NCBI GenBank assembly: GCA_045536365.1 | Contig: JAZSNL010000016.1 | Span: 46,003-110,002, forward strand | Reading direction: 5' to 3' | Length of the DNA stretch: 64,000 bases | Source of the DNA: Bacilli bacterium | GTDB taxonomy: Bacteria > Bacillota_I > Bacilli_A > ML615J-28 > CAG-313 | In this document: piece after piece, positions 12,001-18,283 of the stretch | Position numbering within the stretch: position 1 is the stretch's first letter | Layout: every line of letters begins with the position of its first letter | The notes under the pieces: generated by a model | What the model was told of the DNA's origin: nothing | Seen by the model: the letters and a program-made list of their open reading frames with translations, nothing else | The model's database searches: none | Position numbers and translations under genes: made by a program

Positions 12001-12381
12001 GGCCATTAATCCTACTCCTCTTACTAAGCCAGAAACCACATTGTAGAATAGGTCATAAGTAGCTTTGCCTTCAATTAATAAACTTTCACCATTAGGAATC
12101 ATTTCTTGTCCTAAAAGAACAACAACATCCCAAATAGTTTTACAGTTTGAGGCATCGCCTTGAACCATACCCTTAAGAAGTTCTACAGCGGCTCCTTTAG
12201 AGTTTAGTAAAGTAGCTGCATCACCGAATATTAGCCATGCAAGAATTAGCATTACTAATATTACAGCTGTCCACGTAAGTTCTCTTCTAGCTTTTGCGAA
12301 GAAGCCCCATACAGCGAACAAGATTACCATTAATAAGCATCCCAAACCTACTAATAGTAAAGCTGAGCTAATAAAATCCAT
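1..12381 (-). CDS. Giant membrane-anchored repeat protein, 5' portion only (start codon at 12379..12381; frame stays open to position 1, so at least 4,127 codons lie in the window and the stop is beyond the left edge). CvpA-like N-terminal membrane domain followed by a long acidic helical repeat region.
   Basis: ATG at 12379-12381 preceded by AAGAGGTG. The hand-translated N-terminus MDFISSALLLVGLGCLLMVILFAVWGFFAKARRELTW has a GF..RE..TW pattern like the first CvpA TM hairpin. The ORF track reports no minus-strand ORF in this frame between 1 and 12381, which can only happen if there is no in-frame stop. Hand translation at 11131-11172 (YINWDQDIELILDA), 10903-10950 (MDKNPDLTGINWKNDL) and 1-60 (EQELVEKVFSRVSMLNGITV) gives clean coding sequence. 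The small plus-strand ORFs in this region are antisense shadows. Confidence 0.85.
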   Translation of the reverse strand, partial: MDFISSALLLVGLGCLLMVILFAVWGFFAKARRELTWTAVILVMLILAWLIFGDAATLLNSKGAAVELLKGMVQGDASNCKTIWDVVVLLGQEMIPNGESLLIEGKATYDLFYNVVSGLVRGVGLMAITVVTFLVTPIIRLITHIVWLIVRAVKKKKAANATEEVAEESEEQKDSTAEETVVVSESDLGMDDVVVSVAANDAPKPWKYRSNVWGAVIGVLKGLAVIIILFAPIAGICSVLAEASPETRDAIAEMIDGDKANVSEEGESVADLLFGFVDSYYESGIGKVVEGSAYFFGDSFSTITFDSLLVIETETQRIPVREELITFVYAVNALEGKFAKEDLFKWSQAEVNNALDELKYSQLLPELMPVAVEFLYEDEEMLKLGLKDLLTKANQQGDFLELRYINWDQDIELILDAVKEVYKLDIFSSEFNYLTMNPDVLVNVVEHLGDTELINNLLPVLVNTALRIEAVENLIGTMDKNPDLTGINWKNDLVKLVGIYDTFQDLGIETLNGFNGNEFFREVLRNEEKLETVAQMLVKVANLDLFDQLLIPIAFNYATGNESLHTMLEAAGQTDNFNALMDVDWEQEMDAYTEVLKAASKLFDPEAEQMIDLFDLNTEVLKEVVEKLFEAESFELVLNIGTCVAVNLEAVKKLTGNLSFEINTDAIAWKEDLLNLVEAYDMFKLLGFDSLDDFKGGMELVTDILEDNDKFVTAKDTLTTIFDSSLIPVVVAPVLDGVLNQTFKTNGLPEFNGYIKLTNLSNEQWTEDIEDILELAKDLNELNVLSLQISSMDLTSDKAIDTLKAAIETVLTLNILGDDNAKEGLLTAALVKFDIVSATPDFSEVEWENEIKVLQAILDQYKELVKLEGVDINNFKFEVNKLLNNDAFYDIAINAIDELIESDIVLAILPDVIQTKVLPLIEKSIEDEGALAGVLEEVTSQEILVALQEILSVVKDAKYIGVFDVAFDKAPLETLKLNEVDRILNIVDVLLGNVLFEGHEGQVLRIVLKVLKVMDVEKGYFDGINFAEERLLILEAIETLRPILNDYKFFNENQFNIDLEYLTNQVNSRILVNALQVIVGQYEAEGTNYLTYSKLVELLLPDLYEKLVVEKNMIPDQFQGIVDILDISNMSGADLLSDIRTLVYVADQAIELNAQEFMSNGALQLDNAIIDNIIDALKDVTMFDGKGAEVIVWVYDNFLKETLAKQNIDVEITLDDLAGIDFKAEGDKLKVVLHGISDLLDANGLISVSDFNRFIKEKAYLEADFANVENAREIIAVLSNLTQLDTLEVILELAFPVLLNKFENNFDLTFWKEAELTGEQLAEDVRSLLSIVQLVTDETEILTYLTNDWTGDLNFGDEKVAALQQIVAKVFELNLLKGYESNLISSILTSVLAKQDKIKVEDFALETIEDWSKESETIQGLFPLLADFLEENNILTVEDVRLFIDKKLYLDGALIKNENIAIAADLLAVLSGSKLVGNAVVAILPLIPDPIVTTTNEKGTFEISSKAFRELAAEDFQADLLTLSQIIDLVLPLDLVEIYENQVNTELVLNAESLNIVATAIERLYDLNLVSKCIDELYVEALNYVGGIAKLDFTITLDDIKAVDFEQEFALLASIVRESEDLVKALNARYLKDVINFVLEDTYKEYSSWTDELVAGIARVLRPATQLQTIGVLWPVAADMIRPYIDKTGLPLAFLRYYLEVEYTAESLAEDLNTIVDIALEAVELGAIEYIFTKDIQEISLAPAANILGLVQQLHLVADIEPELVEFGVNYALSLINFDNEFVVTLDEAEAINYVEEMAMLQNVVLQLQKVLDAAKLSSLSDVMTFIETGNYTDLAFYIAYKDVAYNALDAVAMLADSQILASLAPEAVVFLKDIADNANMNVDFLAYTGEELLEDVRAITSIAKDAVALGALEFIKNKELNNIDTDLLATIVDKVLALNIINGNEAELTAFGLNKLAEKVKLNVTVEADDFAFDWAQEKESIVDIVKQLGAFLTANEANSYPGAVEFFKGDEYKDADFWTENDKANVNKVAEIVESVLELQLTESLLPYALALGFAKLDAMGYPAVFMEEYFEYEYNREKLLEDAHTLVEILINAVDLGALEYIFTKDIADLDLDYAANIIGNLYELNIVYDNAQDLFAYAGNILVDKLELGYQFGYDEKDFENVSIENEFAQLYAIVSELDTIVEDFGLTQLSSLIAFFTNKDFLDLNIYNEECVDNLIDILTAVSNMEALHEFYELAVYAGTGMSKGLDVKFLRELSQEELVQDVETVLVIVRQLRTCGLYEYINTNDIEHFDFAGINEIIAKVDEINALNKFAGEWANVVLELVASKLPYEFNAAALEGINWSQENAQLQVIVTELGQFLSENGIDGLATIFGFINSKEYAKTKFWTRNEFANVKHAFEIVDHVLDLQLANPALGWGLEYAIELASSKGLDISFLSALADNGSSAKPYDGEYNAAVLKADLDVIENIFDELVAFGLKEILENVVVDDFDFNYVNNAIELLQEIQLLTLVETDWIALAINEVAKAAKLDLTVSAAELEHINFTSENALFQEVITAASEFLFEANLNGYDEIASFIVNKDYANIQFYTVESLIEALDVVEALVKLELVQLGLNPLLEKGLELASEKGFNLTFFKGQFTNEELASDVVKVLNAVEVLLVDTNALHYAQVPAEFDLQFAELDAVVEALEYLADTHVLAEDNFGKVVEALLEGIEVTGLFDLSDVTMDEEVAAISGLINEVQGFARNWNLETVNDIKKVNYKDVSVYFTHQEEQLRHIINVLEYAKNDKLLSEILFPLLDKYMPANLYALAGVNEIYGKYAVMGEDITRIQNALEVLISLDLEAVFENQIEIPWFEIHAVKTILNEIFGMRYFNGVGRGAALVEALGFAELVDGNALDFAGDAAKLGDIYHSATHIIAQDEFPYHTFEDFSTAKLNPALFTKDAVIETLKDILRAYMDTTIYEQTGFLVLVVLLPVAEKALPEYYELLIADLSQEQLVEDFDALFNAAIAVRDSGVLNIQSADLDVLEAKLLEALELVMNTNMFFGKFEALGELVLRDFVNGFTLGQFNFEGSNFTAAELDRSLKALRDVIIPQLFDVLEALDVQTLQELSSKVNLDAVLELLADEADYDLVQELVANLVNLDVLRNNAYDLYNLVVAPLLDGKASKAFDLSFYADQESLLADFDTLVEVLAELDSLGAPAIISDYLNGTENYVIDYTRSEIANVISLVVNTQYFAQYQTEIANRLAKPILDIDYSNIDLVNEANNYFIPAYEKLAVVANELDLDTIAKLRAFSMSTFNWKRLVSDYVLGSQTVEGLQELSGSQLLAEALPIVLEKLSNSSIPGARFLAPNGLSTEALAEDYDSLLVAAQATLDFMYNEGQHVRDGKNISIENVEKAILALETVWNLHLAQGKHAEVVEAACGKLGVSISAYELRSIDWANELDAVSGMLEAALTIANTYGLHEARETYYYLKGLKDLGKVELVKEAYRLFMRDNYETTVEFFEALAASELVDVVALPIYRELTKSLSGNALILLDLSTYTNAELAEDLDSVAAIARNLFDSNAYQAYCTGTELTAAAESYIAEIIIDFFGLNIIDDKAQDAVEFISSYLGLDLTSLDLSNVNWDADGYAYAAHADAFVTLFNEVFLDVKGNLGTLGILGNEAVVEATIRLYDAFVTTTLAEEAGYWLVSEFVGPLAAKVDADSPLVNADRAKAVEFLADLSNIAKAFVNMGFFGNGANAVINLDAANGLTLLSTVLKNNTNLPAKLYEYLDKTINRVYAVGEFELNYEGISSKQTVKSLYALAKAAYGFAKTYVPQLSRTNLTVINTDQFQADFTSLVSQVADQAVLGQLLLPVARGAARMLATALPGFELFETLTTEEFNEKLINEYLPEVYELIEYAAELGLLEGKLSYKNTDPLMGIVDFLVTSELSKDNLTSVVTYLVRKLNVSTPELEAKLANINWNHEAALGNAFLSQLKYALNVSGVKLDDLSTLKNNEFLGYAQKALAELEDSYLLETLGRTLAIRLYNKVLGGRFQILKDLLSDANYTDADFVADYKVGVSMISDIIALDYFGAGSVYGKLDNKNANDEYAIASLVEAAFGLAIIEGHEQELVEKVFSRVSMLNGITV

Positions 12382-12416
12382 AATTTCACCTCTTTTATTT
12401 ATGACTTTACTCACTT

Positions 12417-12445
12417 ATTTTACCAAATTATTAAAAATTTTGCAA
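12417..12445 (-). promoter_or_regulatory. Candidate sigma-A promoter for the giant gene: TTGCAA, 17 nt spacer, TGGTAAAAT (extended -10)
   Basis: On the minus strand: ttgcaa (12440-12445), a 17-nt spacer, then tggtaaaat (-10 at 12417-12422 with TG extension). It lies about 35 nt upstream of the ATG at 12381. Confidence 0.35.
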
Positions 12446-12552
12446 GTGATTACTTATATTTTTCAGCAATTTTGATACCATTTTTTTACATTTGTTTTCT
12501 TCTTCTTTAAAACAATAATTTAAAATAAGCTAAAAAATAGGAAATTTTCAAT

Positions 12553-12599
12553 AAGATAAAAAAATAAAAAAGACTTATGCAATTATATGCATAAGTCTT
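12553..12599 (-). terminator. Rho-independent terminator downstream of the 1,041-aa paralog, separating it from the giant gene
   Basis: 12-bp perfect stem aagacttatgca / tgcataagtctt (12570-12581 and 12588-12599) with a 6-nt loop. On the minus strand it is followed by a T-rich tract (complement of 12553-12569). Confidence 0.6.
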
Positions 12600-12614
12600 T
12601 AAAAATATTCCTTT

Positions 12615-15600
12615 TTAAGCTAATCCTAACATCTCTAAAATAGATTTTGCAAGCGCAGATTCTTCAACTCTTTCTTTCAATTCAGTATTAGTTTCCAAGT
12701 TAAAATTATCTGGATCTGCATGATAAATTTCAAATACATCTTCTAAAATTACTGCTTCTTCCTCGAAATTTGCTTCACTTAAATCTATTTCACTACCTAA
12801 ATATTCAGAAGCAACTTCATTAATAACATCCTTTGCAAGTTCATTATTTTCAAGATTTTTCAATTCATCAACCAACTTTTGAACTGTTTCTTCTTCTGTC
12901 ATAGTTTCAGTTGTTAAATTAGTCATTGAATTAGCTAAATCAATTAAACCACCAATATTATCAGCTTGTTCATTTAACACATTTGGATCAGTAAAATCAT
13001 ATTTATATGTTCCGTCATCATTCTTAGGAAGTTTATCATATCCATTAACACCAAGAGTTTCAACTAAAACCGTTCCTAATACTTTACTTGCAATAACGCT
13101 TCCGCTAGCTTCTTTCATTATCGCGCTAACATCAGATCCTTTAATAGAAGATAAATCTTCTGCACCTAATAAGCTTTCACTTGCAATATCATAAACATTT
13201 AATGTTCTATTAATTTCGTTAGTCCAACCATTTGTTTTAATCAATTCTTTTTCAGCAGAATTAAATGTTAAATCAAATGATAAACTATCATCAATATTAG
13301 AAACTAATGTTCCGATTAAATCAAATATAATAGGCTCAAATATTTGAGATTCATTAAAGGCATCTAATACTTTACCTATTTGATTAATTGTTTCTTGATC
13401 TCTTTGACCTGTTTCAGGATCAACTTCTAATATTGTTGTAAAATCTAATGAGCTTAAATCTCCACCACATAAATTAGAAATTTCGATGATTACATTTGCT
13501 AATTTACCAGGTTCTGTTTCCCAATCAACATTTTCAATTTCAAGTGTAATTCCATATTCTTCTAACATTGAATTCAATTCAAACGTATCAATCAAGAAGT
13601 TCATTAATTCAGTTTCATTACCTTTAATTAATCCAATATCAAATATTCTTTCTAATAGGTTTTTAATAGCTTCAGGATTATTTAAATCAATATTTCCCTC
13701 TTCACCAAACAGAATATTTAAATCCTTTAATCCATAAATGATTTCTACAATATTAATCATTTCTGCTTTAAATTCTTCAGAAGTTGTATTTTTTAAAGCT
13801 TCAAAATTTAATATTCCTTGAAGCCCTTCAGGGATTACACTATCTTCTTTTCCTGCTTGTGAGTTATATAAACTTTCTAATAATAATACGCCAGCTTTTC
13901 TAAATAAATCTGATTCAGCTACTTTACTAACGATATCTAGAGTAAGATCTTTATTATCTATAAAGTATTCAAATGAAATATTTTCCGCATTAATAACAGG
14001 AATTACTGAAAGAATAATATCAGCGATTTTTTCCGGTTCAGTTTCCCAGTTAATTTGTAAGTCATCCATTACATTTTCAGGGACATATTCTTTAATTGCT
14101 TCAACGCTTAATAGTGTTTTGATTAGCCCTTCTTCATGTCCATCAATAACAGTTAAATTGAAAATATTTATTATACTTTCCTTAATTAAAACTTCTTCAT
14201 CTTCACTAATAGGATCTAGTTTTTGGCTAGTTCCGTTTATTAATTCTTTACCTACTCCATATATTTTTTGAACTGTATCAACTAACAACACACTATCGTC
14301 TTTTAAAATTTTAAGAAGGTTTTCTTCTGTTATTAATTCTTCTAAATATTGAGTATCAATTTTATCAATTTTAGCTACTAATTCAGACAGTTTTTCCACT
14401 GCAAAAGGTACACCTATCTTATTAATAATTTGTAATTTTAATAATGAATTAACAATATTACCAAAAGAATCTTTTAGTTTAGGGTCTTCAACAATACTTA
14501 ACGGATCATTGATATCTATTTTTAAATCAACTGCTGCTACTGCAACTTCTTGAATAACATCTATTAACGTATCCATTTCTTTATTAATATCTATTTCCTT
14601 AATGCCAGATAAATTAATTTCAACCCCTTCAAAGTCTCCATTATCAACCGCATAACATAAATATTCAAATCCAACAGGTAAAATTATTTTTACTGATTGA
14701 ATATTTTTTAATACATCACATATTTTAGTAACATCTTCTTCTGATACACCCGCAAAATCAAACATCACTTTTTCTTCAGTAACTTCTATTTTAGAAGTTA
14801 TAACTGGTATAATTTGTCTTAAATTAGCATATTCTTCTACAAAATCTAATTTACCGTGTTCTGTTTTAACTGTTAATAGGCTACCAATATATTTAGCATC
14901 TAAAGTTAAATCATTCTTTTTATCTCTTGTGATATTAAATATTTTTCTTGTAATACAAGAATCAAATTGATTATTAAATTCAGTAAATAATTCTTCTGTT
15001 GTTGAATTTGTTAAATCTTTATTAGGGGATTTTAAAAGCATTTCTAATAAGCTATTTAATCCACTCGTATCAGAACTAACAGTCACTTCTTCTGAATTTT
15101 CTGTGTTTTCAATAATTCCATATGTTTGTTCAAAATCATCAATTGCAAGTTTAGTAATTGATAATGTACCGAAAATTGGAATTAAAAACACAATAAAGAA
15201 AACTGCAAATTCTAAGAATCCCATCCCCATTCCTAATAAACGAGAAAATAATGTTTTTCTTTTCTTTACTTTCTTCCCTATTTTTTCATCAACTACTTTG
15301 TCATCAAAAATTAACATATTGAAAAAAGCGAGTATTAATCTTAGTATTGGTCCTATAATAGCAAATATTAAAATTGTACCTACTGTATAAATTACAAATT
15401 TTAAAATTCCTACAGCTACGCTTTCCGCAAAGACTAATAATTCACTATTTGGTACATCTACACTGCCGTTTGTATAAATGTTTTCTTGAATCAATGTCAC
15501 CGCATAGTCTTTAACTGAAGTGAATCCTTCAATAATATTGTATTTACTTATGTCTGTTTCTAATATTTTTACCGCGATACTGCCTAAAAAGATTGCGAGT

Positions 15601-15740
15601 AAAACAAAAGGAACAACTATTGATATTACTCTTCTTGTTGATTTATTAAACCCAATAATAAACCCTCTTAATAAACAAAAAACAAGAGCTATCAATACTA
15701 ATAAATCTAATCCTAAATTAATATATTGTAAAACTGACAT
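12615..15740 (-). CDS. CvpA-like membrane domain fused to an acidic helical repeat region. It is a shorter paralog of the giant protein (about 1,041 aa from the corrected start).
   Basis: ORF track 12615..15791. The internal Met at 15738-15740 has a GGAGG RBS 7 nt upstream and leaves a 34-nt gap to the murA stop, so it is the preferred start. The N-terminus LDLLVLIALVFCLLRGFIIGF... matches the CvpA LRGF motif, with four predicted TM helices. The C-terminal ~800 aa is rich in E/D/L/I/N with recurring motifs INWETEPEK and VDWETEPGK. Confidence 0.8.
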   Translation of the reverse strand: MSVLQYINLGLDLLVLIALVFCLLRGFIIGFNKSTRRVISIVVPFVLLAIFLGSIAVKILETDISKYNIIEGFTSVKDYAVTLIQENIYTNGSVDVPNSELLVFAESVAVGILKFVIYTVGTILIFAIIGPILRLILAFFNMLIFDDKVVDEKIGKKVKKRKTLFSRLLGMGMGFLEFAVFFIVFLIPIFGTLSITKLAIDDFEQTYGIIENTENSEEVTVSSDTSGLNSLLEMLLKSPNKDLTNSTTEELFTEFNNQFDSCITRKIFNITRDKKNDLTLDAKYIGSLLTVKTEHGKLDFVEEYANLRQIIPVITSKIEVTEEKVMFDFAGVSEEDVTKICDVLKNIQSVKIILPVGFEYLCYAVDNGDFEGVEINLSGIKEIDINKEMDTLIDVIQEVAVAAVDLKIDINDPLSIVEDPKLKDSFGNIVNSLLKLQIINKIGVPFAVEKLSELVAKIDKIDTQYLEELITEENLLKILKDDSVLLVDTVQKIYGVGKELINGTSQKLDPISEDEEVLIKESIINIFNLTVIDGHEEGLIKTLLSVEAIKEYVPENVMDDLQINWETEPEKIADIILSVIPVINAENISFEYFIDNKDLTLDIVSKVAESDLFRKAGVLLLESLYNSQAGKEDSVIPEGLQGILNFEALKNTTSEEFKAEMINIVEIIYGLKDLNILFGEEGNIDLNNPEAIKNLLERIFDIGLIKGNETELMNFLIDTFELNSMLEEYGITLEIENVDWETEPGKLANVIIEISNLCGGDLSSLDFTTILEVDPETGQRDQETINQIGKVLDAFNESQIFEPIIFDLIGTLVSNIDDSLSFDLTFNSAEKELIKTNGWTNEINRTLNVYDIASESLLGAEDLSSIKGSDVSAIMKEASGSVIASKVLGTVLVETLGVNGYDKLPKNDDGTYKYDFTDPNVLNEQADNIGGLIDLANSMTNLTTETMTEEETVQKLVDELKNLENNELAKDVINEVASEYLGSEIDLSEANFEEEAVILEDVFEIYHADPDNFNLETNTELKERVEESALAKSILEMLGLA

Positions 15741-15774
15741 GTTTCGCCTCCTAATTAGATTTATTATAGCACAC

Positions 15775-17025
15775 TTAATTTTCCTTTTCAATCATTATTT
15801 TCAATTTTTTTAATTTTTCTTCAATATCTTCATATCCCCTTTTGATAACTTCAAAATTGTTTATAGTTAGTTCTTTAGTTAATGCTGATAATAAAATTAA
15901 AGAAAAACCTCCTCTTAAATCTTTTGCGGTTGCAATGTTTATATTTAAAATACTTTCATCTATAACAATATCATTATTATGAATATAAATGTTTGCACCT
16001 GAAGAAACCAATTCTTCAATTTGTGAAGTTCTTTGTGGATATATTGTATCCGATATTTTTGATTTACCTTGTGCCTTTAACAATAATATTAATATTATTT
16101 GTTGTAAATCTGTTGGAAATTCGGGATATTCACCGGTTTTTATTGTTATAGGTTTTAATACATTAGGTGATTCTATAATAAGTTTTCTTTGTTCATATGT
16201 GATTCTAACATTCATTTTTCTTAATACTTCAATTACTTTTTCTAATTTACATGGATTAACATTTTCTAATATGACTTTACTTTTAGGTATTATCGATGAC
16301 AATATCATATAACTTCCAGCTTCAATTCTGTCAAATGGAATATCATATGTAGTTCCAAATAATTTTTTAACGCCATATATAACTAATTTATTTTCTTTAA
16401 ATAGAATATTAGAACCCATTTGATTTAACATTTCAATTACTGATAATACATCCGGTTCATGTGAATAGTTCTCTATTTCAACTATTTTATTTGAACAAAC
16501 TGTATTAAGTAAAATATTTATAGTTGTCCCTACACTAGGTTTAGGTAGTTTAATAGATATTCTTTTATTTTTTATTTTTCTTTTTTTAATTAATATATAT
16601 CCTTTTTTTAGTATTACTTTATATCCTAATTGTTTAAATGCTTCTAAATGATAATCAATAGGTCTAACTGAAAAATTACAACCTCCTGGTTGTTTTATTT
16701 TTATTTTTCCTTTTCTTGATAGAATTGATCCTATAAAATAATAGGATGCTCGAATGGAAGCTACTTTATCTGATAGGATATTTGTCGATATTTTTTTGAA
16801 ATTCAATCTTAATCTTTTATTTAGTTTGTTATAATCTAATTTCCCTTTTGCTTCTATCGCAATTTCCATCATATTTATTACATCCGTAATAAAAGGAACA
16901 TTATTTAATATCACATCTTCATTAGTTAAAATTGAAGCTGCTATGAGTGGTAAAGTTGTATTTTTAGAACCACTTATATTAATCGTTCCTTTTAAATAAT
17001 TTGGCATTTTTATTTTCATTTTCAT
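15775..17025 (-). CDS. murA: UDP-N-acetylglucosamine 1-carboxyvinyltransferase
   Basis: N-terminal ISGSKNTTLPLIAASIL and the active-site Cys context KQPGGCNFSVRPID are typical of MurA, at 416 aa. Confidence 0.85.
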   Translation of the reverse strand: MKMKIKMPNYLKGTINISGSKNTTLPLIAASILTNEDVILNNVPFITDVINMMEIAIEAKGKLDYNKLNKRLRLNFKKISTNILSDKVASIRASYYFIGSILSRKGKIKIKQPGGCNFSVRPIDYHLEAFKQLGYKVILKKGYILIKKRKIKNKRISIKLPKPSVGTTINILLNTVCSNKIVEIENYSHEPDVLSVIEMLNQMGSNILFKENKLVIYGVKKLFGTTYDIPFDRIEAGSYMILSSIIPKSKVILENVNPCKLEKVIEVLRKMNVRITYEQRKLIIESPNVLKPITIKTGEYPEFPTDLQQIILILLLKAQGKSKISDTIYPQRTSQIEELVSSGANIYIHNNDIVIDESILNINIATAKDLRGGFSLILLSALTKELTINNFEVIKRGYEDIEEKLKKLKIMIEKEN

Positions 17026-17077
17026 ATATATTACCTCGATACAATATATTCCAAGAAAATAAAATTATTATTAATAT

Positions 17078-17106
17078 TTGAAATTTTATCTGTTTTGTGT
17101 TATGAT
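17078..17106 (+). promoter_or_regulatory. Candidate promoter TTGAAA, 17 nt spacer, TGTTATGAT (extended -10) for the fumarase-like gene
   Basis: ttgaaa at 17078-17083, a 17-nt spacer, tatgat at 17101-17106 preceded by TG. The predicted TSS falls at or after 17112, which argues that the real start codon is the downstream ATG at 17136. Confidence 0.4.
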
Positions 17107-17135
17107 ATGTAATGTCGGAAAGTAAGGCGATGAAT

Positions 17136-18257
17136 ATGAAGTACAGAATCGAGAAAGATATTCTCGGAGAGAAGAAAATGCCAAGTGAAGTATATTATGG
17201 CATATATACTCTACGAGGCAAAGAAAATTTTCAAATCACTAAACGCGGTATATGTAGACAATTAATCAAATCAGTAACTATTGTTAAAAAAGCAGCAGCT
17301 AAAGCAAATTATGAAGCCGGTGCATTAGAAGAAAAAGTTGCTGATTCAATCATTTTAGCTTGTGATGAAATATTAAATGGAAGACTTCACGGACAATTTG
17401 TAACTGATTTAATTCAAGGTGGTGCTGGTGAAAGCATTAATATGAATGCAAATGAAGTTATTGCGAATAGAGCTAATGAAATGTTAGGTGGAGAAAAAGG
17501 AAAATATGAATTTGTTGATCCTATTAAACACGTTAACTACGGACAAGCTACTAATGATGTTATTCCTACTGCAGGTAAAATAGCAGTAATTAAACAATTA
17601 AAAAAATTAATTGTTGAATTAAAAAAATTAGAAAATTCTTTTAAAACTAAATCCAAAGAATTTGGGTTTACAAAAACAAGCGAAGAATTCGCTGCTATCG
17701 CAACATTATTATCAAGAGACATTAAACGTATCGAAGGATCTATTAATGATTTATCAGAAATAAACTTAGGCATTAATGCTTTAAAACAAAATACTCGTGG
17801 AGCTGATAAATATTTTAAAAAGATTATTATATATATTAATAAATACTCTGGAGAAACTTTAAGACATAGTAAAAACTTACTTGATTCTACTAGAAGTCTA
17901 GATAGTTTCTTATGGGCAAGCAGTTGTTTGAAAACTCTAGCTGTTGGATTATCAAAAGCCGCTAATGATATTAATATTTTATCTGATCCAGAACATCGTG
18001 AAATTGTCTTACCTATTGTTCAGATCGATAGCAGTAATAAAGAATATAATCCTGTTATAATTGAAATGGTTAACCAAGTAGCATTTTATGTTATGGGATT
18101 AGACGTTACTGTTACAAAAGCTATTGAAGCAGGACAATTATCAAATAATATCTTTTTACCAATTATCTTAACTTCTTTATTTGAATCTATTTCTGTTTTG
18201 AGAAGAGCTTCTAGAACTTTAAGAGAATTAGTAATCGATGACACTAAATTAGCATAA
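17136..18257 (+). CDS. Aspartase/fumarase class II family protein, divergent: degenerate SS loop and no C-terminal domain
   Basis: MKYRIEKDILGE matches the FumC/AspA N-terminus (MEYRIERDTMGE). GGAGESINMNANEVIANRA corresponds to the conserved TGSGTQSNMNVNEVIANRA and NYGQATNDVIP to SQSSNDTFP. The signature GSSIMPGKVNPTQCE is replaced by DSSNKEYNPVIIE. The protein is about 373 aa versus about 460 for FumC. Confidence 0.7.
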   Translation: MKYRIEKDILGEKKMPSEVYYGIYTLRGKENFQITKRGICRQLIKSVTIVKKAAAKANYEAGALEEKVADSIILACDEILNGRLHGQFVTDLIQGGAGESINMNANEVIANRANEMLGGEKGKYEFVDPIKHVNYGQATNDVIPTAGKIAVIKQLKKLIVELKKLENSFKTKSKEFGFTKTSEEFAAIATLLSRDIKRIEGSINDLSEINLGINALKQNTRGADKYFKKIIIYINKYSGETLRHSKNLLDSTRSLDSFLWASSCLKTLAVGLSKAANDINILSDPEHREIVLPIVQIDSSNKEYNPVIIEMVNQVAFYVMGLDVTVTKAIEAGQLSNNIFLPIILTSLFESISVLRRASRTLRELVIDDTKLA

Positions 18258-18259
18258 TA

Positions 18260-18283
18260 AAAGAGCATCAATTGATGCTCTTT
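18260..18283. terminator. Bidirectional intrinsic terminator between the convergent fumarase-like and GH5 genes
   Basis: Perfect 10-bp stem aaagagcatc / gatgctcttt with loop aatt, followed by a T-run on the plus strand and an A-run before it. Confidence 0.5.

Noticed and set aside
13486-15813. Plus-strand ORFs 13486..13737, 15103..15390 and 15520..15813 inside the 1,041-aa paralog
   Set aside because: They are antisense shadow ORFs within a well-supported minus-strand gene.
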